A DNA stretch of 64,000 nt. Source: Eledone cirrhosa (lineage: Eukaryota). Both the position numbers and the translations under genes were made by a program. Of the stretch, positions 13,422 to 26,564 are shown one piece after another. The DNA is taken from NCBI GenBank assembly GCA_964016885.1, contig OZ024750.1, positions 54,622,001 through 54,686,000 on the forward strand. The letters are read 5' to 3'. A model generated the notes under the pieces. The model was not told the origin of the DNA, did no database searches, and saw only the letters and a program-made list of their open reading frames with translations. Positions within the stretch are counted from its first letter, which is position 1. The number at the start of each line of letters is the position of its first letter.

Positions 13422-14445
13422 ATCATCATCATCATCATTGAATGTCTATCTTCCACGCTAGCATGGGTTAGATGGGAATTGTCCCATTTGAGGCAAGGTT
13501 GGTCGGGTGACCGTGTCCCGCTCGTATAGGACTATCTGGCAGGTTTTCTATGGCTGGATGCTCTTCCTAACACCAACCACATTTACAGTGTGGGCTGGGA
13601 GGTTTTTACCATGTTACCTACATGACCACATTACAGCGTGAAGTGTGTATTTTTTTTTTTTTTATCGTGAGACCTACACGACCTCATTTGTTTGGACTGG
13701 ATGTTGTGGTACCAACATAACTTTATAGAGAAAGGGTGGTGTTGGTTGGAGTGGGAGGATGGAGTAGTGGCTTGGGGTGTATGTTTGGTTTGGAGGGGTC
13801 TACTGAATATAGGTTAACTTTGCACGTAGGAAAGGTGGGTCTTCTGTATTACTGCGTGGCGCCAAAGATCCCGATCCAGTGACATTGTCTTAGAGAGGTG
13901 CAAGTGTGCAAGGTCGCAATTTATCAATTTTGATCGAACTACAATTGTTTATACAGCTGTCGTCTTTCATGCGCATCACGTGACCATACCAACGTAGTCT
14001 TCTCTCGAGTAAACAGCATCTGATCCCCTCTTATTCCTAATTTCTCACTTAGTTCATTTATGTTTTAACATTCGTGTATTACACATCCAATGGACCATGC
14101 AAGCTTCGTTCCTCTCCAGTCTGCGCAGATCCTCTGCACATAATGCCTATGTCTCACTGCCATGTAGCATTGGTGTTCGTATACAGGCATCATACAATCT
14201 GCCTTTCATTTTTAGAGAGAAACTTTTGTGGCCAACAGCGGTATAAGCTCTCTGAACTTTTTCCATCCAGTTCTGACTCTGGCTACTGTATTTTCAGAAC
14301 ACCCTCCACCATTGCTGATTTTGTCACCCAGTTAACGGAAAGTGTCCACTATTTCTATAGAACCATCTGAGCAATAGAAGGGGCTAGTATCCTGTGGGCA
14401 GTTGCTACTTATTGCACCTGAGCATCGGCCACATATAAAATCTTA
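13422..14445 (-). mobile_element. RTE LINE 3' fragment lying between inverted pLTR-like arms (about 12820-13115 and 14450-14732)
   Basis: RT C-terminal remnants and a 3' UTR homologous to 8150-8550. Confidence 0.8.
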
Positions 14446-14750
14446 TCAGTAACCGTATTTTTTACTTTTTATCATTTTTATTTTTTTATACTTTTTTTTA
14501 TTATCTTTTATTATTGGTGTTTTTCATTCACTTGATTCTCTTATGTATCTATAAATACCAGTGCCATGTGTTACACCCTCCATTATGCCGATGATTTGAT
14601 CAGACACACACACTGTAATTAAGGTCAAGTGATCAGCGGCCTTTAGACTCACCTGGTCAATGAAACAATTGTTAATACTGTGAATAAAACCCTTTTTGTA
14701 CAGCCGACCATGTTATTCTTCATTTTTTTCACTATATATATATGTGTGTG

Positions 14751-14792
<42 letters not shown>

Positions 14793-14796
<4 letters not shown>

Positions 14797-17290
14797 AAAG
14801 TTTTATTTAAAATTGTTGGGTTACAATGAGTAAATATTTTATAACTGATATAAAGCACTCAACAAGTTTTGGAGTAGATATACGATATTAAACAAATGGA
14901 AACTATATTTATAAAACCATATTTATTTCATTATACATATTTCAGGGATACCATATTAAAAATATGGCATGCCTTCAGATAAAATACAATATATAAGCAG
15001 TTTTATAAATAAATTTGACGTACCATAAATATTGATCAACTTCCATTTAAGAAGTTGGTTTGGTAGTGAAATGCTTATAAATATTTAGTGTTAAGCACAG
15101 TTAGAAAGAAAGACGGAGAAAAGGAAGAAATGTATGTAAAGAAAAACAGAGAGAGATATGGGAGAGAGAAATAGTGAGGAGGTGAAAAATGAGAGGCAGC
15201 TGAGGCAACAGATGAATAATAATAATTCATCATACAAAATTGAGAGATTTAGGAGGGAGGGAGTACTGCAATTATTTATTTATTTATTTATTTAGTTATA
15301 GTGTTAAGGAGACGGAGAGAAATAAAAAATAAATAAAGAGAAAACAGAGAGGTAGAGAAAGATAGAGGTGGAGGGAAAAAAGAGGTAGACCGAATAATAA
15401 TAATTATACATGGGGAGGTGAGAGAAATAGGAGAGAGGTAAGAGAGAAAACAATAGAGAAGCCTGAGAGGTAAAGTTAAAGCAGCCGATACTTAAATTTC
15501 ATCATGTATAGAGGGAGGAGAAGAAAGAGCTATATCTAGAGAGAAGGATGACAGATTTACAACTTTACGTTATGTCCTATCAATTTGAATTTTCAATTCA
15601 TATGAATTGGGTATTATAATGTAAATATCAATATTCATGAATGAGACATAGATATATAATGTGTGAAAAATAATGACCATATGTTTAGTTTAAAAATTCT
15701 TAGGTCGATATACCAAAAACTGAGATAAAACTTCAAAAAATACGGAAATACATAAGTATATATGTACTTTCCGGAAAAAGAAAGAAAGAGAAAAAGAGAA
15801 GGTCATCTCAAGTTCTAGTTGACACTATAGACATACACGTGAATTTACGTGATCAGCTCTGTAATTTCTTATTTCACATGAAAAAATTTTCCCTTGCGTT
15901 ATAAAAGATTTTACTATATATATATATACATACATACATATACATAAAAATATATATCAATATTAATATTCCTGCCCTCACATACATGATTATCGTTCAT
16001 GTATAGAATATTATGCATATCTGTAACATATCTAGAACCATAGCCACACATATATATATATATATATGCGTGCGCAACATACATGTACATGGACAGATAG
16101 AATAAACAGATAAAATAGAATATACTCTGTAATCATTCCATATTCATATTAATACATATGGCCTCTGCACAGAGACAACAGATATTAATATATCAAAACG
16201 CTAAGAATACTTTCATCACTCCCTAGAGTATCTAGGGCCGTAAAAAACACAGTATGCCCCCCATATCAACCACAAAAATCTACCCTTCCAATTTATCTGA
16301 CAATATATTGCCAAGTTCATTAGAAGCAATCAGAGTCAAAAAGCAAACAAAAACCAAAATTATTCAACAAAACTTATTTAGCAGAAATCATTTAAAAGAT
16401 TTAGGAGACCCTGTTGTTCTACAGATGCTCTTATATTTAGTATAGAAGTTTATCTAGCGTAAAATTTATTCAATAGATTGGGAGCATCAACATTTTAGGG
16501 TAGTTTAATTACATCATTAGTATATATTTATGAAGAAGGTTTAAAAAAGAAAAAGTTGAAGGAATCGAAAGATTTATCGTCAGGTTTCATAATTAATTAA
16601 ATATCTTAACTAAATATACTACATTTTAAATTTATATTTATATTTAAACGTTGAGTTCAATCTATGTCTGCAGCAACTGAATAAATTGCTCCTTAGATTA
16701 AGGGAATTTTTAGATTTTAATATAAAGAATATCTCCTCCACGCAGAGGTCACATGTCTCAGATGAGGAATTAAAAGGAATCCCTCTTGAGACTATATTCC
16801 AAAACATCGAATATCCAACGTTATCATGTTTAAGTTGCCAGAGTAAGCCTGATAGTGAAGTTGAAGATTTTTTGTTTGGATCTGTGAAAGAATTCTTATG
16901 ATTATTATAGCGAAGTTTAAATTCTGTCGAGGTGGAACCAACATAGTTAAAAGAATTTAAGTCAGTTTTAACATTACAATTGTATATTATATTTTTAACT
17001 AAGCAATTGTTATTTAACGGACATTTAGATTTATTTCTACAGTTACAGTTGAAGTCTTTCTTTCTAACTGTGCTTAACACTAAATATTTATAAGCATTTC
17101 ACTACCAAACCAACTTCTTAAATGGAAGTTGATCAATATTTATGGTACGTCAAATTTATTTATAAAACTGCTTATATATTGTATTTTATCTGAAGAAGGC
17201 ATGCCATATTTTTAATATGGTATCCCTGAAATATGTATAATGAAATAAATATGGTTTTATAAATATAGTTTCCATTTATTTAATATCGTA
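14793..17290 (-). mobile_element. 5'-truncated Penelope-like element (Naiad-like) with an inverted pseudo-LTR (pLTR)
   Basis: GIY-YIG endonuclease ORF 16619-17080 (CNCR..CPLNNNCL..IYNC..YVGST..CDLC). Inverted arms 14881-15114 and 17054-17290. Same family as 61025-63910. Confidence 0.88.
17182..17247 (+). ncRNA. Type I hammerhead ribozyme in a PLE pLTR
   Basis: tattttat CTGAAGA agg-c-atgccatatt-ttt-aatatggtat-c-cct GAAA tatgta TA atgaaata. The mirror copy at 14924-14986 has a 3-nt deletion at the core. Confidence 0.85.
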
Positions 17291-17350
17291 TATATATATA
17301 TATATATAACGTGGAAAATGGATGATGATGATGATGATGATGATATATAT

Positions 17351-17685
17351 GGTGGCACATGGCTTAGTGGTTAGAGCATTGGCCTTGCAATCGAAAGATT
17401 GTGAGTTCAATTCTCAGACCGGGTGATGTGTTGTTTTCTTGAGCAAGACACTTTATTTCACATTGCTCCAGTTTACTTAGCTGTAGAAATGAGATGATAG
17501 GGACTGGGATCCCTATCATTCCACTGCAAAGTGGTCGTGTAGGTGCCATGGAAAAAAAGCACCCAGCACTCACTGTAAATGAGGTTGGCGTTAGGAAGGG
17601 CATCCAGCTGTAGAAATCAAGCCAGAATCAGTTCCCGTCCCACCCTTGCAAGCAGGTAAAAGCGGACGTAAAATGATGATGATGA
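17351..17685 (+). mobile_element. tRNA-head CORE-like SINE with an RTE-derived 3' tail
   Basis: A box TGGCTTAGTGG, B box GAGTTCAATTC, CORE-like ttcttgagcaagacacttta..ttgctccag. Tail acccttgcaagcagg..gcggacgtaaaatgatgatg is shared with RTE ends. Confidence 0.82.
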
Positions 17686-17832
17686 TATATATAATAAAAT
17701 AATTATGGTTTTATAAATATAGTTTCCATTTATTAATATATTGAATATTTACTCCACTAATCTGTTGAGTGCTTTATATCAGTTATAAAAATGTTTAAGC
17801 TTGTTGAATCCCAACAAATTAAATATAACCTC

Positions 17833-17887
<55 letters not shown>

Positions 17888-17959
17888 GTATATGTATATA
17901 CAGATATATATGTATGTACATATATATATATGTATGTACATATATATATATGTATGTCA

Positions 17960-18560
17960 AGTCACCAGTTGGTACTACTGGTAACATGTATCCCAGTACA
18001 AACTGTCTCATGGTCGGGTCGTTGGCGACTAAACTGGCAACCCCACCAAGGTTTCTTGGTGAGGAGGGTGACTTTGGACATCCTGCAGGACTAAAAACAA
18101 AATCTGTCAAAAGGCAAAGGGGCTCTTAAGAGTCAATAGCCATCCAAAATCACCGGGAGAGATGACCCCTTAGCCTTTGTCAAGGCAGAATTCTAGGAGA
18201 AGGAAAACTCTGATATAACACCTGCAACTCTGATGGTATCCAATGATGTTGACTTGTTCTTCTTTTTGGTAAATATCATCTTGGTTAAGAGAGTAGGACT
18301 GGCTTTGTGCAGTGCCTTTGCTCACTATAAAAGCTTCACGGCACAGGCATTGCTTTATATCTGGAGATCTCCCTGCACTTGTCGTCACATGATACCATGG
18401 GCCCAGCACTGTGTCAATAATTGTCACAAGTGTAGTGTTTGTACCAGAGTTTTCAAGTCGCTGGCTGGACTAAAAAGTCACACTCGTTCAGCGCATCGGT
18501 AGGGGTTCTCCTACATGGATATAAAGTAGTGGCCGTACTCGAAAACGAGTTGGCAGCCAC
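17960..18560 (+). mobile_element. Rearranged remnant of a second RTE family with a C-terminal C2H2 finger
   Basis: 5'-UTR-like segment (tctaggagaaggaaaactc) plus a 3' end encoding CSVCTRVFKSLAGLKSHTRSAH. Confidence 0.55.
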
Positions 18561-18647
18561 CATGTATGTACATATATATGTATGTACATATATATATATG
18601 TATATACATATATATATATATATGTATATGTATATACATATATATGT

Positions 18648-19160
18648 TGTTATACTTTGGGAGGCTCATGTTGCCAATAAGAAACACATGCACCAGCTGC
18701 TTTCACTCCAATTTATTATAAATTAAATTTATAAATTTTAGAAATTTGTAAATTTTTGGTTGGTTATTAAGATAGTGGAAAGACCAGGTACCTCCATAAA
18801 AACACTTATTAGTAATACATGCCCTTTTCAAAGACCTCCCTGTATAGATAAGAAATGCATAATCTGTAAACTAAGCCCCCATATTAACTGCAAAACTAGA
18901 AACATAGTATATAGCATAAGATGTACTGAGGGACAATGTAAAGATAAGAATATAGTGTACATAGGTGAACCAGCTTGTAGTATAGGAGAACGATTAAATG
19001 AACACTGTCGAGAGCTTCAAGATAGAAAAGAATCATCAATACTCCACCAACATGCTTAAAATAGAACACAAGGGCAACTTAGAGAACATAGAAATAAAAA
19101 TAAAATCTACACACAAAAAAGACGCAATGTTTAGACAAATCACAGAGACAATAAACATCA
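18648..19160 (+). mobile_element. PLE GIY-YIG fragment with a short inverted pLTR piece
   Basis: ORF 18760-19059 (CIICK..CKTRNIVYSIRC..VYIGE..ERLNEH). Same family as 48883-50135. Confidence 0.8.
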
Positions 19161-22100
19161 TCATTGTCATCATCATCGTTTAACGTCCATCTTCCACGCT
19201 TGCATGGGTTTGGACGGGAGTTTTCCCACTTGAGGCAAGATTGATTGTCTTGCTCGTATAGGACTGTCTGGCAGGTTTTCTACGGCTGGATGCTCTTCCT
19301 AACACCAACAACGTTTACAGTGTGGACTGGGAGGTTTTTACCGTGTTACCTACACGGCCACATTACAGCGTGGACTGTGTTTTTTTGTCGTGACACCTAC
19401 ACGACCTCATTTGTTTCGGAGTGGATGTTGTGATACCAACATAACTTCATTTTGAGGGGGTGGGGGTAGTGGGACAGGGGTGTATTTTTGTTAGAGGTGC
19501 CTACTGACTGTAGGTTTTGCTTTGTACTTAGGCAAGGCGGGTCTTCTGTATTACTGTGTAGCGCCAAAGATCTCGGTCCAATGACATTGTCTTGGAGAGG
19601 TGTAAGTGTGTGAGGTCGGAATTTATCAAGTTGTCCCAGGTTTTTCTGGGTCTGCATCCTCCGTGGCTACCATCTATTTTTATCGCCCTGCACTTTTTTA
19701 TACAGCTGTTGTCTTTCATGCTCATCACCGTACCAACGTAGTCTTCTCTCGAGTAAACAACATCTGATCCCTCTTATTACTAATTTCTCCCTTAGTTCAT
19801 TTATGCTTTGCCGTTCACGTATATTACTATTACACATCCAGTGGAGCATGCAAGCTTCGTTCCTCTCCAATCTGCGTATATCCTCTACACACAATGCCCA
19901 GGTCACACTGCCATGTAACATTGCTGTTCGTATGCAGGCATCATACAGCCTGCCTTTCATTTTTAGAGAGAACCCTTTAGCGGCCAATAGTGGTATAAGC
20001 TCTCTGAACTTTTTCCATCCCGGTCTGACTCTAGCTACAGTACTTTCGGAGCACCCTCCACCACTGCTGATTTTGTCACCCAGGTAACGGAAGGTGTCCA
20101 CTATTTCTATAGAACCATCTGGGCAATGGAATGAGCTAGTATTCTGTGGGCATTTGCTGCTACTTATTGCACCTGAGCACCGGCCACATATAAAATCTAT
20201 ATTCTTAGTTAGCTTACCTGTGATCCCACTATATCTTTTATGCTCCCATACTTTGCATTTGGGACTTAAAATGGAGTTTCTGCCTACTCCTTTCCTACAC
20301 ACTGAGCATGGCTATTTCTCAGATGGGACCAGTGCCATATTTTCCTTCCTACATATTAAAATTTAGTCTTAGACAAGTTAATTTTAAGGCCTTTTAATTC
20401 TAGGCCATGCTTCCATGTTTGGAATTTCTTCTCTAGTTCAGCCATTGATTCGGTTATGAGCGTTAGATCATCTGCGTATAGAAGTTCCCATGGGCAGCCG
20501 GTCTTGAACTCCTCTGTTATAGCCTGGAAGGCGATACTTAATATGAAGGGGCTAAGGACAGAGCCCTGATGAACACCAACTTTTACGTTAAACTCTTCAC
20601 TATATTCGTTGTTAATTCTAACCTTGCTGACTGTTTCTTTATACATGGCTTGTATAGCTCTCACAAGCCATTCATCAACACCTAGTTTTCTGAGAGCCCA
20701 CCAGATAATGGGCCGTGGCACTCAACGAAAGTTAAGTATAGGGGTTTACTTTTAGCTAGGTACTTCTCCTGTAGTTGTTGTACAATGAAAAGAGCGTCTG
20801 TGATACTTTTACCTGACACAAACCCGAACTGCATTTCATCTAGATCAATTCGCTCTCTGATTAGTTGCGCTATTACTTTTTCTGTGACCTTCATGACCTG
20901 GTCAATTAATTTTATGACTCTATAGTTTCCCCTATCTAGGGCATCTCCTTTACCCTTGTAGCAGTTAATGATGATGCTGCTACACCAGTCATTTGGTACG
21001 ACCCCATTCTGTATGTCTTGGTTTACTATCCGGGTGACCATAGTGTGTCCCACCGTTCCAGATGCTTTCAGCATTTCAGCAACTATTTCCGAAGGCCTAG
21101 CCGCCTTGCCCGTCTTCATATCTTTGATTGCCCTACTTATTATACTACCTTCAAATTGCACTGCTGGTCCCTCTATTGGATCGATGTGGGGGAGACTGTG
21201 TTTCTCCCATTTATTCTCCTCATTTAGTAGCCTTTCGTAGAGACACTTCCAAGCTACCTTCTTATCAGCGTCAGTGATGGCAAGTACACCATCATCATTA
21301 CGGACACACTTCTCCCCGACAATATCATGGTTTTCCTTGACACATTGCCTAGCAACCCTGAACACCTCACGTTTTTGGTCCTTGCGTTGTAGAACATGCT
21401 TGAACTTTCTTTCCTCTGCTTCCCTTTTTGCGAAGTACACTTGTCTCCTAGCTTCCCTCCTGGCCACTTGATAGTCTTCTCTACTTCCCCCATCCCACCA
21501 TACTTTCCAAGCCTGCTTTTTAGCCTTGATCGACTCCTCCACCTTACTGTTCCACCACTGTTCCTGCCTATAGGTCTGCTCCAGCCACAGATTTCATCTG
21601 TCACTTTCAGCAGGTTAGCTTTCAGGAATTCCCACTGTTCCTCTATATTGTACGACTCTAATTGCTCTTCCTTACTGTCAAAAGCATCAAGTAATATGCT
21701 TTTAAATTTATTACTGGCTATGGGGTCCTTTAACTTTCATATTCTTCTTCTCAGGGTAGTCCTCTTCTGTTGTCGAGTATGTCTCGTCCTGACTATGAGG
21801 TCACTAACTATGAGGCTATGTTGGGCGGTGCATTCTTCATGGGAGAAGGATTTAGTGTTTACAACAGACACTCTGTCACGTCTTCTGGTAAGGATATAAT
21901 CTATCTGACTGGCGTGTTCCCCTGATCTATAGGTGATCAAGTGATTGTCTCGTTTTTTTAAGTTTGTGTTAGAGATAGGTTATTTGCGTCACAGAATTCC
22001 AGGATTCTGGAGCCTTCCTCATTTCTAGTACTAAACCCATAGCCTCCATGGATTCCGTCATAGCCATCACAATGTTGTCCAACGTGACCATTTAGGTCGC

Positions 22101-22800
22101 CAGCAATAATTATATAGTCACTGTCGGTTATTTGGGAGGTAGTGAGCATTAACGACTCATAGAATCTGTCTTTTATAATGCCAGGTAGTCCGGATTGGGG
22201 TGCATACGCAGATATTATTGTCACAGTAGTTCTATTGAGGACAAGTCTTATTTTAATTATTCTGTCGTTCACTCTATTTACGTCTATTATCTTATCTACC
22301 CATTTTCTGCTAGCATGATTCCTACTCCACCCAGCCCATTGTCATTTCCCACCCAGAAAAGCTTATAGTATCGTTTTTTACCCACAATGAATCTAGCAGA
22401 CCCACCCCTCCATCTGGTCTCTTGAATACAGCAAACATCAACCTCCTTACGTTCAAGCATCTCTACAACCTCGTTAGAGCGACCTTTTAAGGTGCCTATA
22501 TTCATGGTACCAATTCTGAAGTATTGGATTGTGTTTGGTGGTGGGAAGGATGGGGCGCAGGGAGGGGTGAGGGAGATGGGGTTATGTTAGCCATCCGTGG
22601 CCGAAATAAAGAGGAGTCCTTGCCTTCTCGTCCGGCAACATGAGGTGAATTTGTCTTTATCTTTGTGTCCAGATTTTTCAGACTCTCCAGAATTCCGTAG
22701 TCCATCCATCATATCGAAAGGCAACCAGGTCTAAACTTAAGAAGTGATAACAAAGGCCGCTAGATTATGATTGGTCCAAATAATAATGGTGGCGAGTGGG
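19160..22800 (-). mobile_element. Near-full-length RTE LINE, frameshifted
   Basis: Colinear endonuclease (NIGTL, IQETRW, GDLNGH, QIDYIL), RT (QFGF, GVHQGSVLSP, LYADD), PHD-like finger, thumb, 3' UTR and (GAT)n tail. Confidence 0.93.
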
Positions 22801-22899
22801 ATCTGGGGTAGTTAGCGAGAAGGTTATAAAAAAAATCCACAAATTTTGGCCATAATTGAACGAGCATATAACTGTAATAAGAGAAGAATTATGCAATGG

Positions 22900-23990
22900 G
22901 GTGTGTAACCGGACTTGCCTTCAGTCAGATCTACTGGCTGTTATCCAATGGGCAGAAACGAGCAATATGTTGCTGAATGTGGATAAATTTGAGTTAATCC
23001 ACTTTGGAAGAGGATGCCCTAAATCTCCTATATTCCCTTCCTTCAGGTGAAACTCTCATGGCATCCAACAACATCAGAGACTTAGGAGTAATTGTGGACA
23101 ACAACATAAGCTGGGCCACTCATATAAACAGCAAAGTTGACATGGCCCACAGAATGTGTTCCTGGATTCTCAGAACCTTCCAGTCGAGAGGTATCCACAC
23201 TGTTTTCCTTCTCTTCTCCACTTTTGCCCGACCCCACCTTGAATATTGTTGTCCACTGTGGTCTCCCCACACGAAAAAAAGTATCATGAAAGTTGAAGTA
23301 CCTCAAAGGTCAATTACAAAAAATATAGATGGCATGACAGTCGACTAAAAAAGCTGGACCTTTCTTCTCTCCAACGTCGCCGTGAGCACTACATTATCTG
23401 CATGATGTGGAAAATATTCCATCAGCATTGCCCAAATGATGTTGGCATCACCTTTAACCCTTTAGCATTTACATTACTCTTATATTTTCATGGTAAAGGC
23501 TTTATCTCACATAATATCAAATCTATGCAATTTTGATGTTATTTATTTTGAGAACAATACCTTAACATAAGTATAAGCAGCCATTTATGGCTGGTTTGAA
23601 CAGAAAGAGGTGAGAGAATTCTGGCCGGATATGGCTGGTTTAAATGCTAGGCTTGGGCCCCGTGCTATCCGCCCACAACAAAATTCTCACTCGCATCTCA
23701 TAACAACAATACGGCACAATTATTTCACCTCAATTGGCCCCGCTCTCTTTAACATTTCACTAAAACACATTAAAACGGAAACAGACCTCATAAAGTTCAA
23801 GAAGTCTTTGGACAAATTCCTTCAAGAAATTCTGGATAAACCTCTTACACCCAGATATGTCTCTGTAAACAATAACTCTCTACTTGAGAGTGCCATGGTG
23901 TCCAAATCCTGATTTGAAAGACTTCGCTGGGTGGTGCTATTCAGTTAGACATGGCCTGGGCCAATACTGGCCGAAACCTATCAAAGTTTT
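22900..23990 (+). mobile_element. CR1/L2-like LINE 3' fragment
   Basis: LQSDL..W, RDLGVIVD and RPHLEYCCPLWSP motifs; interrupted by a MITE. Confidence 0.82.
23454..23649. mobile_element. piggyBac-like MITE, right end truncated
   Basis: Starts TTAA-CCCTTTAGCATTTA and ends with the complementary taaatgcta; interrupts the LINE reading frame. Confidence 0.55.
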
Positions 23991-24035
23991 ATATATGTGT
24001 GTGTGTGTGTGTGTATGTATATATAAATATATATA

Positions 24036-25295
24036 GAGGGTGCGGACGATATTTGTTCGCAAGATTACTGTCTAGGAAAAATTAACACAGTAGTTTTATT
24101 TTTTAAGATATATTTATCAAACTCAGGTCAGTTTGTCTTCATGACTTGTTCTTTCGATCTCATTCGATAAACCCGCCATTGGCTTTGATGACGGCCTCGG
24201 AACCGGCTACAGGCCTTCGTCACTGTCATCTGACTTAGGCCCCTAAAGGCACTTGTGATCCTGGCCTTCAGATCGTCTTTCGCATTGCAGCTAGATCTGT
24301 TGGTGTTTCGTTCCACTGCGCCCGACACAAAGAAGTCGAGGGGGTTGCAGTCAGGCGAGCTGGGAGGCCAGATGTCAGGTGAAGTGTGGTCGATGAAGTT
24401 CTCTGACAGCCAGGCTTGGGTCTTTCGGCTGGTATGGCAGGGTGCAGTCTTGCTGCCACACATACGCCCTACCTGGTCGATCCAGGACTTTCCTATGCTC
24501 AGAACGCAGATGTAGCCATCGGTGTTCAGCTTGAGGCCCTCAGGGAAGAAGTGAGGTGGCATGACGACACCTAAGACCAATGTTGATGCTGGAAACTTTG
24601 ACTGCATGACTCTGGGCACGTCTTTGGGTGAGACAGCGAGCCACCTGTTGTTCTGGGAGTTGATCTTCTGGTCTTGGCAGAAGGTTTTCTCCGAGAAAAA
24701 CCACAGCATGTCTGGCTCCAGTGGGTGATTCAACTTGTTGATCAGCTTCTTTGCGTGCTTCAGTCGCTTTTCTTGCATCGCCTTTGACAGAAATTGTCCT
24801 TTCCTCATCTTGTATGAAACGTAGCGAATGTCTTCATGTACCACCAGCCTAATGAGCTTTACATCCACGCCTTTCTCCCTTGCAATGGCACACATCGACT
24901 TGCTAGGTTCATTGTTGATGATATCCTGAACTTCAGCGACGAACTCGGGCGTTCTGAAGGCATCAGATCGTCGATCATGTGTTTTCCTCTCTGATGTTGC
25001 TTCGTAGTTGAATCCTGAATCTTCCAATTTCTTTCTGACCTTTTCCACCATACTCCTGCTGACGCTGAGAAAGTCTGAAATTTCCTTATTTGTCCTCCCG
25101 GCGCGGATTCCAAGAAGAACTCTGTGTCTCTGCCACAAATTTGGAGGTTCAAAATTATTCATAATCAATTATTCTGAAAATAAATAATGGAAATATAGTC
25201 ACTGTGTTTATGAAGACAAGAGTGACAACGGAAGTAAAAAAAATTTGCATAAAATTAGCAGTTGAAAATTGCGAACAAATATCGTCCACATCCTG
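24036..25295 (-). mobile_element. Tc1/mariner-superfamily DNA transposon (maT/DD37D-like)
   Basis: Transposase ORF 24128-25168 (N-terminal HTH, WFFSEKTF, APCH, WPPSSPDCNPLD). Terminal inverted repeats (TIRs) of about 27 bp (..GGACGATATTTGTTCGCAA) flanked by TA. Confidence 0.9.
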
Positions 25296-25460
25296 TATAT
25301 ATGTATGTGTACATATATGTATACGTATATAATAATAATTGTTTCTACTTTTGGCACAAGGCCAGCAATTACCCAGTGTATTACTGGTACTTTATTGTAT
25401 CGACCCTGTAAGGATGAAAGGTGCATGTATAGTGCATAGAATAATGTACAAATGTCAGGA

Positions 25461-25495
<35 letters not shown>

Positions 25496-25571
25496 AAGTT
25501 ATTCCGGGTGCAATCGGAGGTACCCACAGTAAGTAAGGTACATAGCAGAGTATAAATGTTTAATATAGAAA

Positions 25572-25622
25572 AGCTTCTACAGAACTAGAACTGTTTCATT
25601 CATGAGAAATCATCAGGAAGCT
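25572..25622 (-). ncRNA. Type I hammerhead ribozyme
   Basis: agcttc CTGATGA t-ttc-tcat-gaa-t GAAA cag-ttctagtt-ctg TA gaagct. Homologues at 32868-32918 (+) and, degenerate, 48746-48784 (+). Confidence 0.85.
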
Positions 25623-26564
25623 GACTGTCCAAGTAAATGTGGTGGTAGGAGAGGGTGGGGATTGGGATGGGTGGAGGTCATTGGTGATGGATTTAAAGAA
25701 AAGGGAGCAGAATGAATACTGTAAACAGGTTCAAATTGGAATACCAATCCTTGTTTTTAAGTATCTCTTAAACTAACAATGCCTGTAAGTCAGGTGTCTA
25801 CAGGATGGGTGGGGTTCATTGGTTTAAAGAAAAGGGAAATTCTTTAGAGGCTAATTCTTTAAGGCTGAAATTAAGGTGACAAGGGCAGAAAGAATTCTAT
25901 AAACAGGTTCAGGTGTTGGGGCGCTTCCCCTTATTGTGAAGTTTCTCTTAATTTATATTCCAGGTGTCAACAGGCATATTCACACACACGCACACACAAG
26001 CAGACACACACAACTAACATACATATAAATACATACACATATACATATATATACACATACATATACATATATATATACGCAAACACACATATATATGTAT
26101 ATATACATATATATATACAAAAAAAAGGGACAAGTGAACTATGAACTTGTACATCTCACTACGGCCCCACCACCACCACATAACTCATTACCCTATCTAA
26201 GGTGGCTGACCTGTTGACAAACTGCTAACTCCTTTGATATATGTATGTGTGTATATATATTTATGTATATGTGTGTATATATGTATGTATATATATATCT
26301 CAGTGGATGCGACCAGATTTCAACACAGCAACAACAGCAACAACACCATTGTCTGTATTGAATGAGTGTATGTATGTATATATATATATATATATATGTG
26401 TATGTATATATATGTATGTGTATATATCACACACTTGAAGTGAATAAATTCAAAATTTCAACCCAGCGACTACAGCAACAACACCATTGTCTGCAGCATC
26501 AGCATCAGTGAAATGAACAACAACGGCAGCAGCAACAACAACAATGACAACTGCCACCACCGTC

